Shown here: one piece after another, positions 7,441 through 16,455 of the stretch | Numbering within the stretch: the stretch's first letter is position 1 | Layout: each line of letters begins with the position of its first letter | DNA from: an uncultured Gemmataceae bacterium | GTDB taxonomy: Bacteria > Planctomycetota > Planctomycetia > Gemmatales > Gemmataceae | Assembly: GCA_963750165.1 (NCBI GenBank) | Contig: CAVVPN010000011.1 | Location: 1,888,001 to 1,952,000 of the forward strand | Length of the DNA stretch: 64,000 nt | Direction of reading: 5' to 3' | Notes under the pieces: model-generated | What the model was told of the DNA's origin: nothing | What the model saw: only the letters and a program-made list of their open reading frames with translations | Databases searched by the model: none | Program-made: the position numbers and the translations under genes

Positions 7441-8640
7441 CTGGGTCACCTTGGCGTCCGCCAGCGTCACATTATCATACAGGTCGAGCAGGTTGGACGA
7501 GCTAACGATGATGCGCAGGCGCTGGACGCCCTCGACGTTGAGGTCGAGCGGCACCGCGTCCTTGGCGGTGATGACCTTGGAGAATTTCTTGGCCCCGTCC
7601 AGCTCGATGGTGACGTGCGGCTGATAGACGCCGGCCTGCTCGGACTCCGGCGGCGGCAGGACCGCCAGCACCGCCTTGAACTTCTTGTACTTGCCGCCCA
7701 GGTCGTACTCCACGTCGGTGTACGCCCGCAGCGTCAGGCCCTTGGCGAACGGCGTGCCATTCACCTTGATGTCCTCGTTGTCCAGCGTCTTGTCCCTGCG
7801 CAGCTCCTCGCTGAACGTGTCGAAGACCCCCGCGCGCGACTTGCGCACCGGATCCCGAGCGGGCCGCAGGTCGGACAGGTACGTCAGTTTGCCCATGTTG
7901 TAGTCGAAGCGGGCGATGTTCTTGGAGTCATAGGTCAGCTGGACGCCGCCGGCCGTGGTGACAGTGAAGGTGTTGCCTTTCACGGCCACCTTGCTCGCCG
8001 CCAGACGGTTGCCCTGTTCGTCGATCACCTGACAGACGACGTTCTCGGGCACCTTCTCCTCGCGGTAGAAGATGATGCCCTTCACGTTGGCGAGCGACCG
8101 CGTCAGTTCCTTGTCGCCCAGACGGAACGTGACGTTCTCGCCCTTGGCGTCCACCGCCTTGATGGTCACCTCCAACGATTTCAACTCGTCGTTGGCCACG
8201 ACCAGCAGCCGGTCGCGCTTGGGCCGGTTGGTCAGCAGCGCCTCCCAGTCCTTGCGGACCTCCGTCTTGTGAGCGTCCTGCAGGAAGGTTACCACCTTGT
8301 CGAGGTCCACCTTCACGTCCTGGCCGGTCAGCAGTTTCAACTCCGCCTGCTTGCCCTTGACGGACACCTTCGCGCAGCGGAGGACCGACTGATCGACGAG
8401 GCGAACCTCGGCGTACTCGGTGCCGGCGGGCACGCCCTTGACCTCGTGGAGGTCCAGCGCCAGGATGTCGGCCAGCGGCGTGGTCACGTCGCCGGTTTCG
8501 GTCTTGAGCGTGACCGCCTTGTCGGTGACGGCGGTGATGGTGCCCTTGATGGTTTTGCCGCTGAGGGTGCGTAGCTCGTCGGCCTGGGCCAGCGCGGTGG
8601 CGCAGAACAGCAGGGCGAGGGAGGTGCGGAAGACAGGCAT
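7438..8640 (-). CDS. Secreted NPCBM/NEW2 domain protein
   Basis: Signal MPVFRTSLALLFCATALAQA; C-terminal TYLSDL..FAKGLTLRA..VEYDLGGKYKKFKA..LDLNVEGVQRLRIIV..LADAK fits NPCBM. Confidence 0.8.
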   Translation of the reverse strand: MPVFRTSLALLFCATALAQADELRTLSGKTIKGTITAVTDKAVTLKTETGDVTTPLADILALDLHEVKGVPAGTEYAEVRLVDQSVLRCAKVSVKGKQAELKLLTGQDVKVDLDKVVTFLQDAHKTEVRKDWEALLTNRPKRDRLLVVANDELKSLEVTIKAVDAKGENVTFRLGDKELTRSLANVKGIIFYREEKVPENVVCQVIDEQGNRLAASKVAVKGNTFTVTTAGGVQLTYDSKNIARFDYNMGKLTYLSDLRPARDPVRKSRAGVFDTFSEELRRDKTLDNEDIKVNGTPFAKGLTLRAYTDVEYDLGGKYKKFKAVLAVLPPPESEQAGVYQPHVTIELDGAKKFSKVITAKDAVPLDLNVEGVQRLRIIVSSSNLLDLYDNVTLADAKVTQ

Positions 8641-8680
8641 GGAAACCTCGGCTCTCAACGCTCAACAGTCAAACGGATGG

Positions 8681-8748
8681 GGCGAGCGGCGCGGCGTCAG
8701 CCCGCCGTGCAGTCCCCAACACGGCGGGCTGACGCCGCGCCGCTCGCC
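8681..8748. repeat. REP-like palindrome, GGCGAGCGGCGCGGCGTCAGCCCGCCG family, copy 1
   Basis: Near-perfect stem of about 28 bp; the same arms recur at 53802-53879 and 55274-55360. Confidence 0.85.
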
Positions 8749-8832
8749 ACGGGGAAACCAAAAACCGGGCTGTGGCCGCGTCGCGAGGCGGGGCCACAGC
8801 CCGGGTGGGCGTCGGACAGGGCGGGCCGCTTA

Positions 8833-9939
8833 CTACTTGCGCTGCAACTCAGCGTCGCGAATCCGCCGGAAGTAATCCTCGAACACCTGGCGGTGCTGCG
8901 GGCTCATGCCGTCGATCAGGTCGTAAATCTCACGACTGATGCGCTCCTGCTCGGCCGCCGGCAGGTTGCCCCAGCCGTCGATCATCTTGCGGACGCGGGC
9001 CGGATCGACCTTGCCCTTGCCGCTCTGACCGCCCAGCTTGCTATCCTTCATCGGCGATTTCGGCTGACCGGCCTGGTTGCCGGGCTGGTCGCCGTCGCCG
9101 GGCTGGCTGCCGTCGGGGCACTGGCCGCCGTTGGGCTGACCGGGCTGGCCCTGGCTCTGCGACTTGGCCTTGTTTTCCATCTCCTTGATGAGTTCGTCCA
9201 GGCGAGCGATGATGTCGCGCTGGATTTCCTGGGTCTGCGGGCCGCCGCGGGCCAGCTCCAGCCGCCGCTCGACGTTATCCATCTTGCGCGCGATGGCCGA
9301 CAGGTCCTTTTCCTTCCAGGTCTGCATATCCAGCAGCATCAGCGCCCCGACCGTCTTGAAACGTTCGGGAGCGTCAATGGCCTGGCCGAGCAGCCGCAGG
9401 ATGGTCCCGCGGGCCTCGTTCTTCTGCAGCAGGGCGTGCTCGCAGACGGCGCGGTGGAACAGGTACGCGGCCGGATCGACCACACCATTCACATCGACGG
9501 TCTTGAGCAGGTCCAGCGCCTCCTCATGAACGCGGCGGTTCGACAGCGACCGCGCATAGGCCAGCGCCAGGTTGTCGCGGAAGAACTTGTCGGCCTTGGC
9601 GTTCTTGAAGAATGGATCGACCTCCTTGGGAGCCGGCGCCTGCGCGTCGCGGGCCTCGGCCAGCAGGCGGGCCGCCGTGGCGTCACCGGCCTCGAAGGTC
9701 GCGGCCATCCGTTCCAGAACGGTGGCGTCCTGGTTCTTCCAGATGGTCGCGAACTGTTGCAGCTTGGCGGCGTTGTTGCCAACCGCCGCCTTGAACCACG
9801 TTTGTGCCTTGGCCTGGGCGACCTCGGGGCTCATCCCCTCCAGAGCCCGGAAGGCGGGCTTCCTGGCGTCCTGAGCCGAAGTGACCCCGCCCAGCAGGGC
9901 GAGGACGGCCAGGCTCGCGAGCCTGTAGTGCAGCTTCAC
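8833..9939 (-). CDS. Secreted helical protein of the MoxR/VWA cluster
   Basis: 368-aa ORF with strong GC3 bias, signal peptide, Gln/Gly linker and C-terminal WGNLP..EDYFRRI. Confidence 0.75.
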   Translation of the reverse strand: MKLHYRLASLAVLALLGGVTSAQDARKPAFRALEGMSPEVAQAKAQTWFKAAVGNNAAKLQQFATIWKNQDATVLERMAATFEAGDATAARLLAEARDAQAPAPKEVDPFFKNAKADKFFRDNLALAYARSLSNRRVHEEALDLLKTVDVNGVVDPAAYLFHRAVCEHALLQKNEARGTILRLLGQAIDAPERFKTVGALMLLDMQTWKEKDLSAIARKMDNVERRLELARGGPQTQEIQRDIIARLDELIKEMENKAKSQSQGQPGQPNGGQCPDGSQPGDGDQPGNQAGQPKSPMKDSKLGGQSGKGKVDPARVRKMIDGWGNLPAAEQERISREIYDLIDGMSPQHRQVFEDYFRRIRDAELQRK

Positions 9940-9942
9940 TGG

Positions 9943-12138
9943 TCAGTCTCCCTTGGCAATGCGGTTAGTGATTTCGAAAATCCGTTCCTGACGGTTGGAG
10001 AGTTCACGCAGATCGCGGCGGATGGGCGAAGTGTCAGCCTGTTCGCCCTCGTAGGTCTTGCCATACAGCTCGGTGCGGGCGTTGACACGCACCTGCATGG
10101 CCCGGACCATCTTCAACTCCTGGATCTTGTTCAGGAGTTTCGGGTCCGCCTGGGGCGGCGGCTGGCCGTTGGACGGCGGCGACGGCTTCTGCTCCTTCTG
10201 CTTCAGTTCTTTCTGCAGCGCCTTGATCATTTCGTCGAGCGTGTCAATGATGTCCTGTTCGATGGCGATGGTGATGCGCATATCCTTCTCGATCAGCTTC
10301 GCCTCCTTGCGCGGGTCCATCGACTTCAGCTTGCGTGCCACACTCTTCATGTCCTCGCGCACCTGCTGGAAGACTTCGGGGAACGCCACCGCGGAGCCTT
10401 CCGCTTCGAGCAACTCAATCGCCTTGGTCGCCTCGACAACAATCTTCATCTCATCGTCGGACTGCTTGAGCAGATCGAGGGTGTCGGTGCGATCCGGTTT
10501 CTTGTCGTTATGGCTATCAATGGACAGGGCGGACGCCTTGGTTTCCTTCTGCACGTCCTCCTGCATCTTCTTCATCTGCTTGCAGCGCGCGATCAGGGTT
10601 TCGAGCAGTTGCTTCTGCTCCTCCTCGCGCAGTTGCCGCAACAATTCTTCCAGCTTCTGCTTGGCGAGCTTCAGGTTATCGACGGCCTTGTCAATGTCGT
10701 CCTTGGCCGGCTTCTTGTCGTTCTTGCCAAGTTTCTTCTCGGCGTCCTTCTGCTTGACGATGGCGTCATCGACGTGCCGCTGCGGATCCTTCTTCTGCGG
10801 CTGCTGGTTGTCGGCCTTGGGGCTGTCCTTCTTGCTGGAGCCCTGGTCGTCCTGGCTCTCGCCACCGGGCTTGGGCTGGCCCTGACCCTGGCTGCTCTTG
10901 CCGCTCTTGGCCTGGCCCTGGCTGCTCTTGCTGGCCTTGCTGTCGCCGCTCTTGGACTGCGACTGCTGGCTTTTCTTATCGCCGCCCTGCTGGCCCTGCT
11001 TCGCGGAGCCTTGCTTCTTGTCGCCCCCCTGCTGGCCTTCCTTCGCCGAGCCTTCCTTCTTGTTCTTGTCGCCGTCGCCGGCCTTCTTCTCATCCTGCTT
11101 GGTCTTCAGGCTGCTCTTCTGCTCATCGCCTTCCTTCTTCTTGCCACCGTCCTTGGCCTCGCCCTCCTTGCCGTTGCCGTTCTTGCTCTCCTTGGACTGG
11201 CCGCTCTTGCTCTCGGAGCCCTTGCCGTCCTTGGACTGGCCGGACTTGCTCTCGGAGCCCTTGCTGCTCTTGCTGTCGCCGGGCTTGCTCTCCTTGCCGG
11301 GCTTGCTGTCCTTGCCGCCCTGCTTCGACTGGCCCGGTTTGCTGTCTTTTTTATCGCCCTGGTTCTTGGCGTCGCCGGGCTTGGACTCGCCGGACTTGTT
11401 CTCCTTGCCGGCGTCCTTCGACTGGCCCTTATCGCCATCGCCCTTGGCCTCCTTGGCCTGGCTCTTGTCGTTCTTGGCCTCGTTGCCCTGGCCGTTCTTG
11501 TCGTTCTTATCGCCCTTGTCGCCCTTCTTTTCGTTGGCGAGCTTCTTGGCGAATTCCTTGGTGGCCTGGGTCACCTCACGCTGGTTCTCCTGGATCTGCT
11601 TCGGGTCGAGGCCGATTTCCACCTGGCCCTTGACGACCTGCTCCTTGCGGATCAGCCGGTCGAGTTCCTTGATCTTCGCCTCCAGGCTTAGCTTCTCTTC
11701 CCTGTGGTTGACGAGCTTCTTGCCGCCGCCTTCGAGCAGGTCCAGCACCTCTTGCAGGTCGCGGGCCAGCTCCTGGCTCTGCTTGATGAGGTCGCCGAAC
11801 TGGCCATCCTTGACGTTGCCGCCCAGGGCCTTGGCGAACTTGGCGAAACGCTCGGTGACGGTGCCTTCGACGCTGCGGTCGAGGGCGGCCTTGAGCTTGG
11901 CGGCGCGTTCCTTGTCAGCGGCACTGCCGCCGGCGAGGCGGTCGTGCAGCCCCTGCAGCGCCTCCTCGAACTTGCGGTAGCGCTCCTGCAGGACTTTTTG
12001 CCGCTGCGACAGTTCGCGCAACTGCTGGGCGCTTAATGGCTGCTTGTCTTTGGTCTGGCGCGGTTCGCCGGCGTTCAGGGCTGCCGCGACCGTCACGGCC
12101 GCCAACCCCAGGGTCAGGAAACATAAACGACGCAACAT
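9943..12138 (-). CDS. Secreted coiled-coil protein with a long Lys/Ser/Gly/Asp low-complexity linker (DUF4175-like)
   Basis: 731-aa ORF with signal peptide, heptad-rich helices and repeated ESKSGQSK/DSKPG units. Confidence 0.8.
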   Translation of the reverse strand: MLRRLCFLTLGLAAVTVAAALNAGEPRQTKDKQPLSAQQLRELSQRQKVLQERYRKFEEALQGLHDRLAGGSAADKERAAKLKAALDRSVEGTVTERFAKFAKALGGNVKDGQFGDLIKQSQELARDLQEVLDLLEGGGKKLVNHREEKLSLEAKIKELDRLIRKEQVVKGQVEIGLDPKQIQENQREVTQATKEFAKKLANEKKGDKGDKNDKNGQGNEAKNDKSQAKEAKGDGDKGQSKDAGKENKSGESKPGDAKNQGDKKDSKPGQSKQGGKDSKPGKESKPGDSKSSKGSESKSGQSKDGKGSESKSGQSKESKNGNGKEGEAKDGGKKKEGDEQKSSLKTKQDEKKAGDGDKNKKEGSAKEGQQGGDKKQGSAKQGQQGGDKKSQQSQSKSGDSKASKSSQGQAKSGKSSQGQGQPKPGGESQDDQGSSKKDSPKADNQQPQKKDPQRHVDDAIVKQKDAEKKLGKNDKKPAKDDIDKAVDNLKLAKQKLEELLRQLREEEQKQLLETLIARCKQMKKMQEDVQKETKASALSIDSHNDKKPDRTDTLDLLKQSDDEMKIVVEATKAIELLEAEGSAVAFPEVFQQVREDMKSVARKLKSMDPRKEAKLIEKDMRITIAIEQDIIDTLDEMIKALQKELKQKEQKPSPPSNGQPPPQADPKLLNKIQELKMVRAMQVRVNARTELYGKTYEGEQADTSPIRRDLRELSNRQERIFEITNRIAKGD

Positions 12139-12478
12139 GAGAACGGTCCTCCCGAGACCGGGGCGTTCGCGTCAGGCGCCCGGGGTTGATCTGCCCCGGT
12201 GGCCACTGGCGCCCCCATAATTTGCTGCATTCGCCAGGTGGTCGGCTCGCAGGCTGCCCCCCATGGGATGGGATCCTGCGGCCCACCGCTCACGCCGCTT
12301 GGATTCCTCCCGCCGCGTAAGCCTACGTCCCTTAAGACGAACCGCCTTACCCTTCCCAACATCTTAACCCCTGGAACGGCGGTTTGTCACGGCTGAAGTC
12401 AACTTTTCTGTTTTTCCTTGCAACTCCGGCGCACGGACGCGGCCCGCGCGAAACGTAAACGGGGTCAGCTGGGACTTC

Positions 12479-12616
12479 GTTGTGGCTTGGTCTCCGGACC
12501 AAGCGACGGCCCCAGACCGAAGGTCTCCCGGCTGCAACCAAGAGGAGACCGTGCCACAACGAGCGTCCGCGGGCCGGGCGGCACGGTCAGGAGACCGTGC
12601 CACAACGAGCGTCCGC
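12479..12616. repeat. Cluster of REP-like palindromes (GTTGTGG-CYTGGTCTCCGGACC / GGAGACCGTGCCACAAC family)
   Basis: 28-bp direct repeat AGGAGACCGTGCCACAACGAGCGTCCGC at 12543 and 12589; related palindrome at 38620-38651. Confidence 0.75.
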
Positions 12617-12637
12617 CAGCTCTTTGTCCGGCAGCGC

Positions 12638-15600
12638 TTATTTGCCCTCCAGAATCTTCAAGATTTCCTCCTCGCGCTGCCGCCGCGCCCGATCAACTGC
12701 CGGCGTCGCCTCGCGCTGGCTCTCCACGATCTGCCGCAGCGCCTGGATCAGGGCCCGGTCGTCCTCCAGGTCCTTCATGGCAGTGAGCACGGCGGTCAAC
12801 TTTTTGGACAGGTCGTTGACCCGGGCGCTGGCGAGTTCGGCGCGCTGGCGGTACAGCGGCAGGTTCTTGCCGATCTCCTTATCCCACAAATCGCCCTCGT
12901 CCTTGCCAACCTTCTTGAGCGCCGCCTGCAGCGCGTCGCGGAAGTCGGTCAGCACGATGCCCGTCTTGGCCGCCTCGCCGCCCGGCCGTTCCGACAGCTT
13001 GCCCGTCAACTGCTCGTCCAGCAGGGCGCCGAGGTCGTCCCGGGTCAGCCGCTGGTTGCACACCGACCGCAGCGGGAAGATGATCTTTTCCTTCTCGTCG
13101 GTCTGGCGCTTGTCGGTGAAGTTGTTGATCTCCATCTCTTCCAGGATGCCCTCGCAGCCGGCCAGCACGCCGCGGGCCACGTCACCCGCCTCGCGCACAT
13201 GGGCGATGGCCTGGTCGAGCCGGGCCAGCGTCGCCGCCACATCCGGCCGCGACCCCTCCTTCAGGGCTGCCGCCTCGCTGTCCAGGTTGACGCGGCGATC
13301 CTCCAGCCGGTCCACGACCTCCTTGAGCGACCGCCGCATCTCGCTCTTCTTGAGCAGCATCAGGTCGTACAACTCCGTCTCGGAGATGATGAGGAACGTG
13401 AACGGCCCGGCGTCCGGCGTGCCGCGGGCGCCCGGCTCAACGTTGCTATCCTTGGCCCGGATGGACAGTTTCAGTTCGTAGTGCAGCTCTTCCTTCTCAA
13501 CCTTCAGGCCGAACTGGGCCACGTTGAAGGGGGGCTCGTTCTCCAGGTCGTGCTGCTTGAACTTGTCCAGGACGAACTGCGGCCGCTTGCCCAGTGCCTT
13601 GCTCAACTGGGCCTTCTCGTCCGTCTTGCCGTCAAGGCGGATGAGCAGGTCGGCCAGCACGGGCAACGGCTCCTTGCGCAGCCGCTTCTCCAGCTCGTCG
13701 CGCTGGCCCTTGGCCACGCTGCTGACGGCCAGCACGTCGCGGGTGAACGCCCGGAACTTCTCGGCGGTCTGGAGGTTGTCCAGGCTGCCTTTTTTCACGT
13801 CGTCGAACACCGTCTGGATCACGATCTGTGCCGGCGCCAGCTTCGCCTTCAGGGCGGTGAGCTTTTCCGCATCGTCGCTGACCTCGTGGTAGCGCCCGGC
13901 CACGTCGCGGAGCTGATCGGCGCTGATGTTGGCGGCCAGCAGCCGGTCCAGCAGCAACCGGTGGTCCGGGTGGACCTGGAGCAGCAGCGCCAGTTCCCCG
14001 GCGGTCACGTCGTCCGCATATTTTTCGGTGTAGATGCGCTTGAAGGTCGGCATCTCCTGGATGCCCTTGCCCTTGATGACGGCCCGGCGATAGGTCATGT
14101 TGGCCAGCCACGCCAGTTCGTTGAAGGCGTAGCCCGGCGGCGCGGGCGGAGTGCGCAGGAAGATGCGGCCCACGCGGCCCACGGCCTCCTTGACCTTCTC
14201 CACATCGGTCAGTTTCTGCGGCTCCTTATCCTTGCCCGGGTCCTTGGCTTCAGGCTCGACGCTCGCCACCTTGGACTTCGGCGTCTCGATCTCGCGCTCC
14301 TCGTACTCGTAGATCCAGGCGGCGCTGGTCAGGCAGCGGTCGTCGCTGAGCTTGCCCTTCCACGGGAAACTGGCCTTGGCGGTGATGAGGCGGCGGTTCG
14401 GGCTCTTGGGGTCGTGCCGCAACCGCGGCGGCAGCGCCACATCGGTCACCAGCGCGGGGCTGTCATCGACCGGCAACAGGATGAAGCGACGCTTGCCCTT
14501 GACGCCATCGACATCGCGGAACACGAAGTCGATTTCCGTCTTCTGCGTCACATCGTTCAGCCGGGCCTCGAAGGTGCGGCTGTCCAGCAACCGGACCTTC
14601 GGCAGCACCGCCAGCACGGCACCCTCGGGCTTCTCATCCTGAACGATCTTCACGGAGTCGCGCAGGTCGCGGGCGGCCGTGCCGCGGATGACGACGTTGC
14701 TGCCGGATGCCAGGTTGATGGTGCTCTCGGTGCCGCCCCTGGACACCGGCACGCCGCGCAGGATTTGCCGCTGGCCGGCCAGCTGCTCCTCCTTGCCGAC
14801 CAGGCGGTAATACAGATACGCCGGCTCCTCCTTGTCGGCGACGATCAAATCAAGGTCGGGCGGCGCCAGCAGCGTGATCTGCTTGCCGGGCGTATAGAAG
14901 TCCTCGGCGTTGAAGCTGAGGCGCGACGACTCCTTGAGAGCGTTGAGGTTCAGGGTGTACTTGTTGAACTCCTTGCGTGCCAGGCCCTTGGTGAGCTTGT
15001 TCTGCTTGCCGCGGGCGATGGCGGTGACCTCGCTGGGCGGTTCCAACTCGCGCAGCGTCCGCTCCATGCCGGGGTCAGCGGCGGTGGTGCTCACCGCGTC
15101 GAACAGAGCCTTGAAGGCGCGATACTGCGGCTCGTGGCGGTCGATCAGCGCTCGTTTGACGGTCTTGTGATCGACCTGCAACTCGATCTTGTCGAGCGTC
15201 CAGGTGTGCCAGTCGAGCAACTCGTCGATGGCCTCGCGCAGCTGCACGTCACGGCCGCGGGGGCTGTCGAGCAGGGCCCGGACCTCCGGCATGCTGAGTT
15301 CGGCGCGGATCTGGCTGCTGGTCTTGCCCTGCCAGTTCCACTCGGCGGGGATCATGCCGTTGGGCACGCGGGCGGGCAGGTCGTCCAGGTCGAAGTACCA
15401 GTGGCCCCAGTCGCGCGGCAGGTCCACCGCCAGGACGCTGGCGTCAACCAGGTTGCTGTCCTGCAAATCCTTGTATTTCAGGGCCCGCCAGCCGATCGGG
15501 GCGTCGCGGTCGGCGATGACGTAGCGGATCGAGCGCACGATCACGTCGGGCCGCGGTTCCTCGGCGGTGTAGTCGCGCGACACGCGCACCTCACCGTCAC

Positions 15601-16357
15601 GGTTGGCCTGCAACCGGACGAACTCCAGGTGGGCGTTGCGCGGCCAGTAGGTGTCCATGAGCAGCAGGTTGCGCTCGGCCCAGATGGCCGCGGTGTGGTT
15701 GAAGCGGATGAAGTAATGGCCGACCGGCTGCCCCTCGGCGGCGCAGACGGCCGTGAGCGTGACGAGGTAGACGATCAGGGTGCAGGCCAACACGAAGACG
15801 CCGAGCCAGATCAGGCGGCCCCAGTTGAAGACGCCGCCGACGGGCAGTGTTTCGACGCGCTCGGCGGCCTCGCGGATGGTCTGGTCGATCATGCCTTGCG
15901 AGAAGCCGTAGCGCTCGGCGATCTTCGGGTCGGCCATCTCGACGGCGGTGATAAGGCGGTCGCCCAGTTCGCGCGGGAAGCGGCGCTGCAGCACCAGGGC
16001 CAGGGCGGTATCGCGGAATTCGCGGAGCAGCCGCAGCAGGATTTTCGTGACCACCAGGGCGAGCAGGGCGCCGACGAGCACGACCAGGATGGCGACGCGC
16101 AGCACGTTGGCGGTGCCGCCGCCGGTGGCCTCGTTGAGTTCGTAGGTCCAGTCGAAGGCGAAGAGACGGAAGGCGCCGTAGTCGAGCGCCAGGCCGATCC
16201 AGAACCACAGCGCCAGGAACAGCAGGGCGACGGCGGCGCCCTCCAGCGTGACGTACGTGCGGATGTAGCCGCGCAGTTTTTGCAGCGGATGGCGGACGCG
16301 CAGGTCGGCGTCGCTGCGGTTGAGGATCTTCGGGGGCGGAGTGGTCACGGTCGCCAT
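12638..16357 (-). CDS. Large membrane-anchored protein of the MoxR/VWA cluster (N-terminal TM helices, C-terminal coiled coil)
   Basis: Start MATVTTPPP behind GGAGC; TM segments; ALVLQRRFPRELGDRLITAVE is typical of this gene type; about 1239 aa. Confidence 0.8.
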   Translation of the reverse strand: MATVTTPPPKILNRSDADLRVRHPLQKLRGYIRTYVTLEGAAVALLFLALWFWIGLALDYGAFRLFAFDWTYELNEATGGGTANVLRVAILVVLVGALLALVVTKILLRLLREFRDTALALVLQRRFPRELGDRLITAVEMADPKIAERYGFSQGMIDQTIREAAERVETLPVGGVFNWGRLIWLGVFVLACTLIVYLVTLTAVCAAEGQPVGHYFIRFNHTAAIWAERNLLLMDTYWPRNAHLEFVRLQANRDGEVRVSRDYTAEEPRPDVIVRSIRYVIADRDAPIGWRALKYKDLQDSNLVDASVLAVDLPRDWGHWYFDLDDLPARVPNGMIPAEWNWQGKTSSQIRAELSMPEVRALLDSPRGRDVQLREAIDELLDWHTWTLDKIELQVDHKTVKRALIDRHEPQYRAFKALFDAVSTTAADPGMERTLRELEPPSEVTAIARGKQNKLTKGLARKEFNKYTLNLNALKESSRLSFNAEDFYTPGKQITLLAPPDLDLIVADKEEPAYLYYRLVGKEEQLAGQRQILRGVPVSRGGTESTINLASGSNVVIRGTAARDLRDSVKIVQDEKPEGAVLAVLPKVRLLDSRTFEARLNDVTQKTEIDFVFRDVDGVKGKRRFILLPVDDSPALVTDVALPPRLRHDPKSPNRRLITAKASFPWKGKLSDDRCLTSAAWIYEYEEREIETPKSKVASVEPEAKDPGKDKEPQKLTDVEKVKEAVGRVGRIFLRTPPAPPGYAFNELAWLANMTYRRAVIKGKGIQEMPTFKRIYTEKYADDVTAGELALLLQVHPDHRLLLDRLLAANISADQLRDVAGRYHEVSDDAEKLTALKAKLAPAQIVIQTVFDDVKKGSLDNLQTAEKFRAFTRDVLAVSSVAKGQRDELEKRLRKEPLPVLADLLIRLDGKTDEKAQLSKALGKRPQFVLDKFKQHDLENEPPFNVAQFGLKVEKEELHYELKLSIRAKDSNVEPGARGTPDAGPFTFLIISETELYDLMLLKKSEMRRSLKEVVDRLEDRRVNLDSEAAALKEGSRPDVAATLARLDQAIAHVREAGDVARGVLAGCEGILEEMEINNFTDKRQTDEKEKIIFPLRSVCNQRLTRDDLGALLDEQLTGKLSERPGGEAAKTGIVLTDFRDALQAALKKVGKDEGDLWDKEIGKNLPLYRQRAELASARVNDLSKKLTAVLTAMKDLEDDRALIQALRQIVESQREATPAVDRARRQREEEILKILEGK

Positions 16358-16417
16358 GTCAGCTGCTCCAGGGGGCAGGTCAATGTCTCGAGATTCTCTG
16401 TTCTGCCGCTTGCGGCT

Positions 16418-16447
16418 CGTGGGGCAGACAGGAATGTCTGCCCCACG
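16418..16447. repeat. GTGG-type REP palindrome GTGGGGCAGACAGGAATGTCTGCCCCAC, copy 1
   Basis: Identical copy at 27250-27279. Confidence 0.85.
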
Positions 16448-16455
16448 ATCAGGTG

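Noticed and set aside
12543..12616. Mini CRISPR array (28-bp direct repeats)
   Set aside because: Only two copies, an 18-bp spacer that is itself part of the palindrome, no cas genes, and a match to a dispersed REP family.
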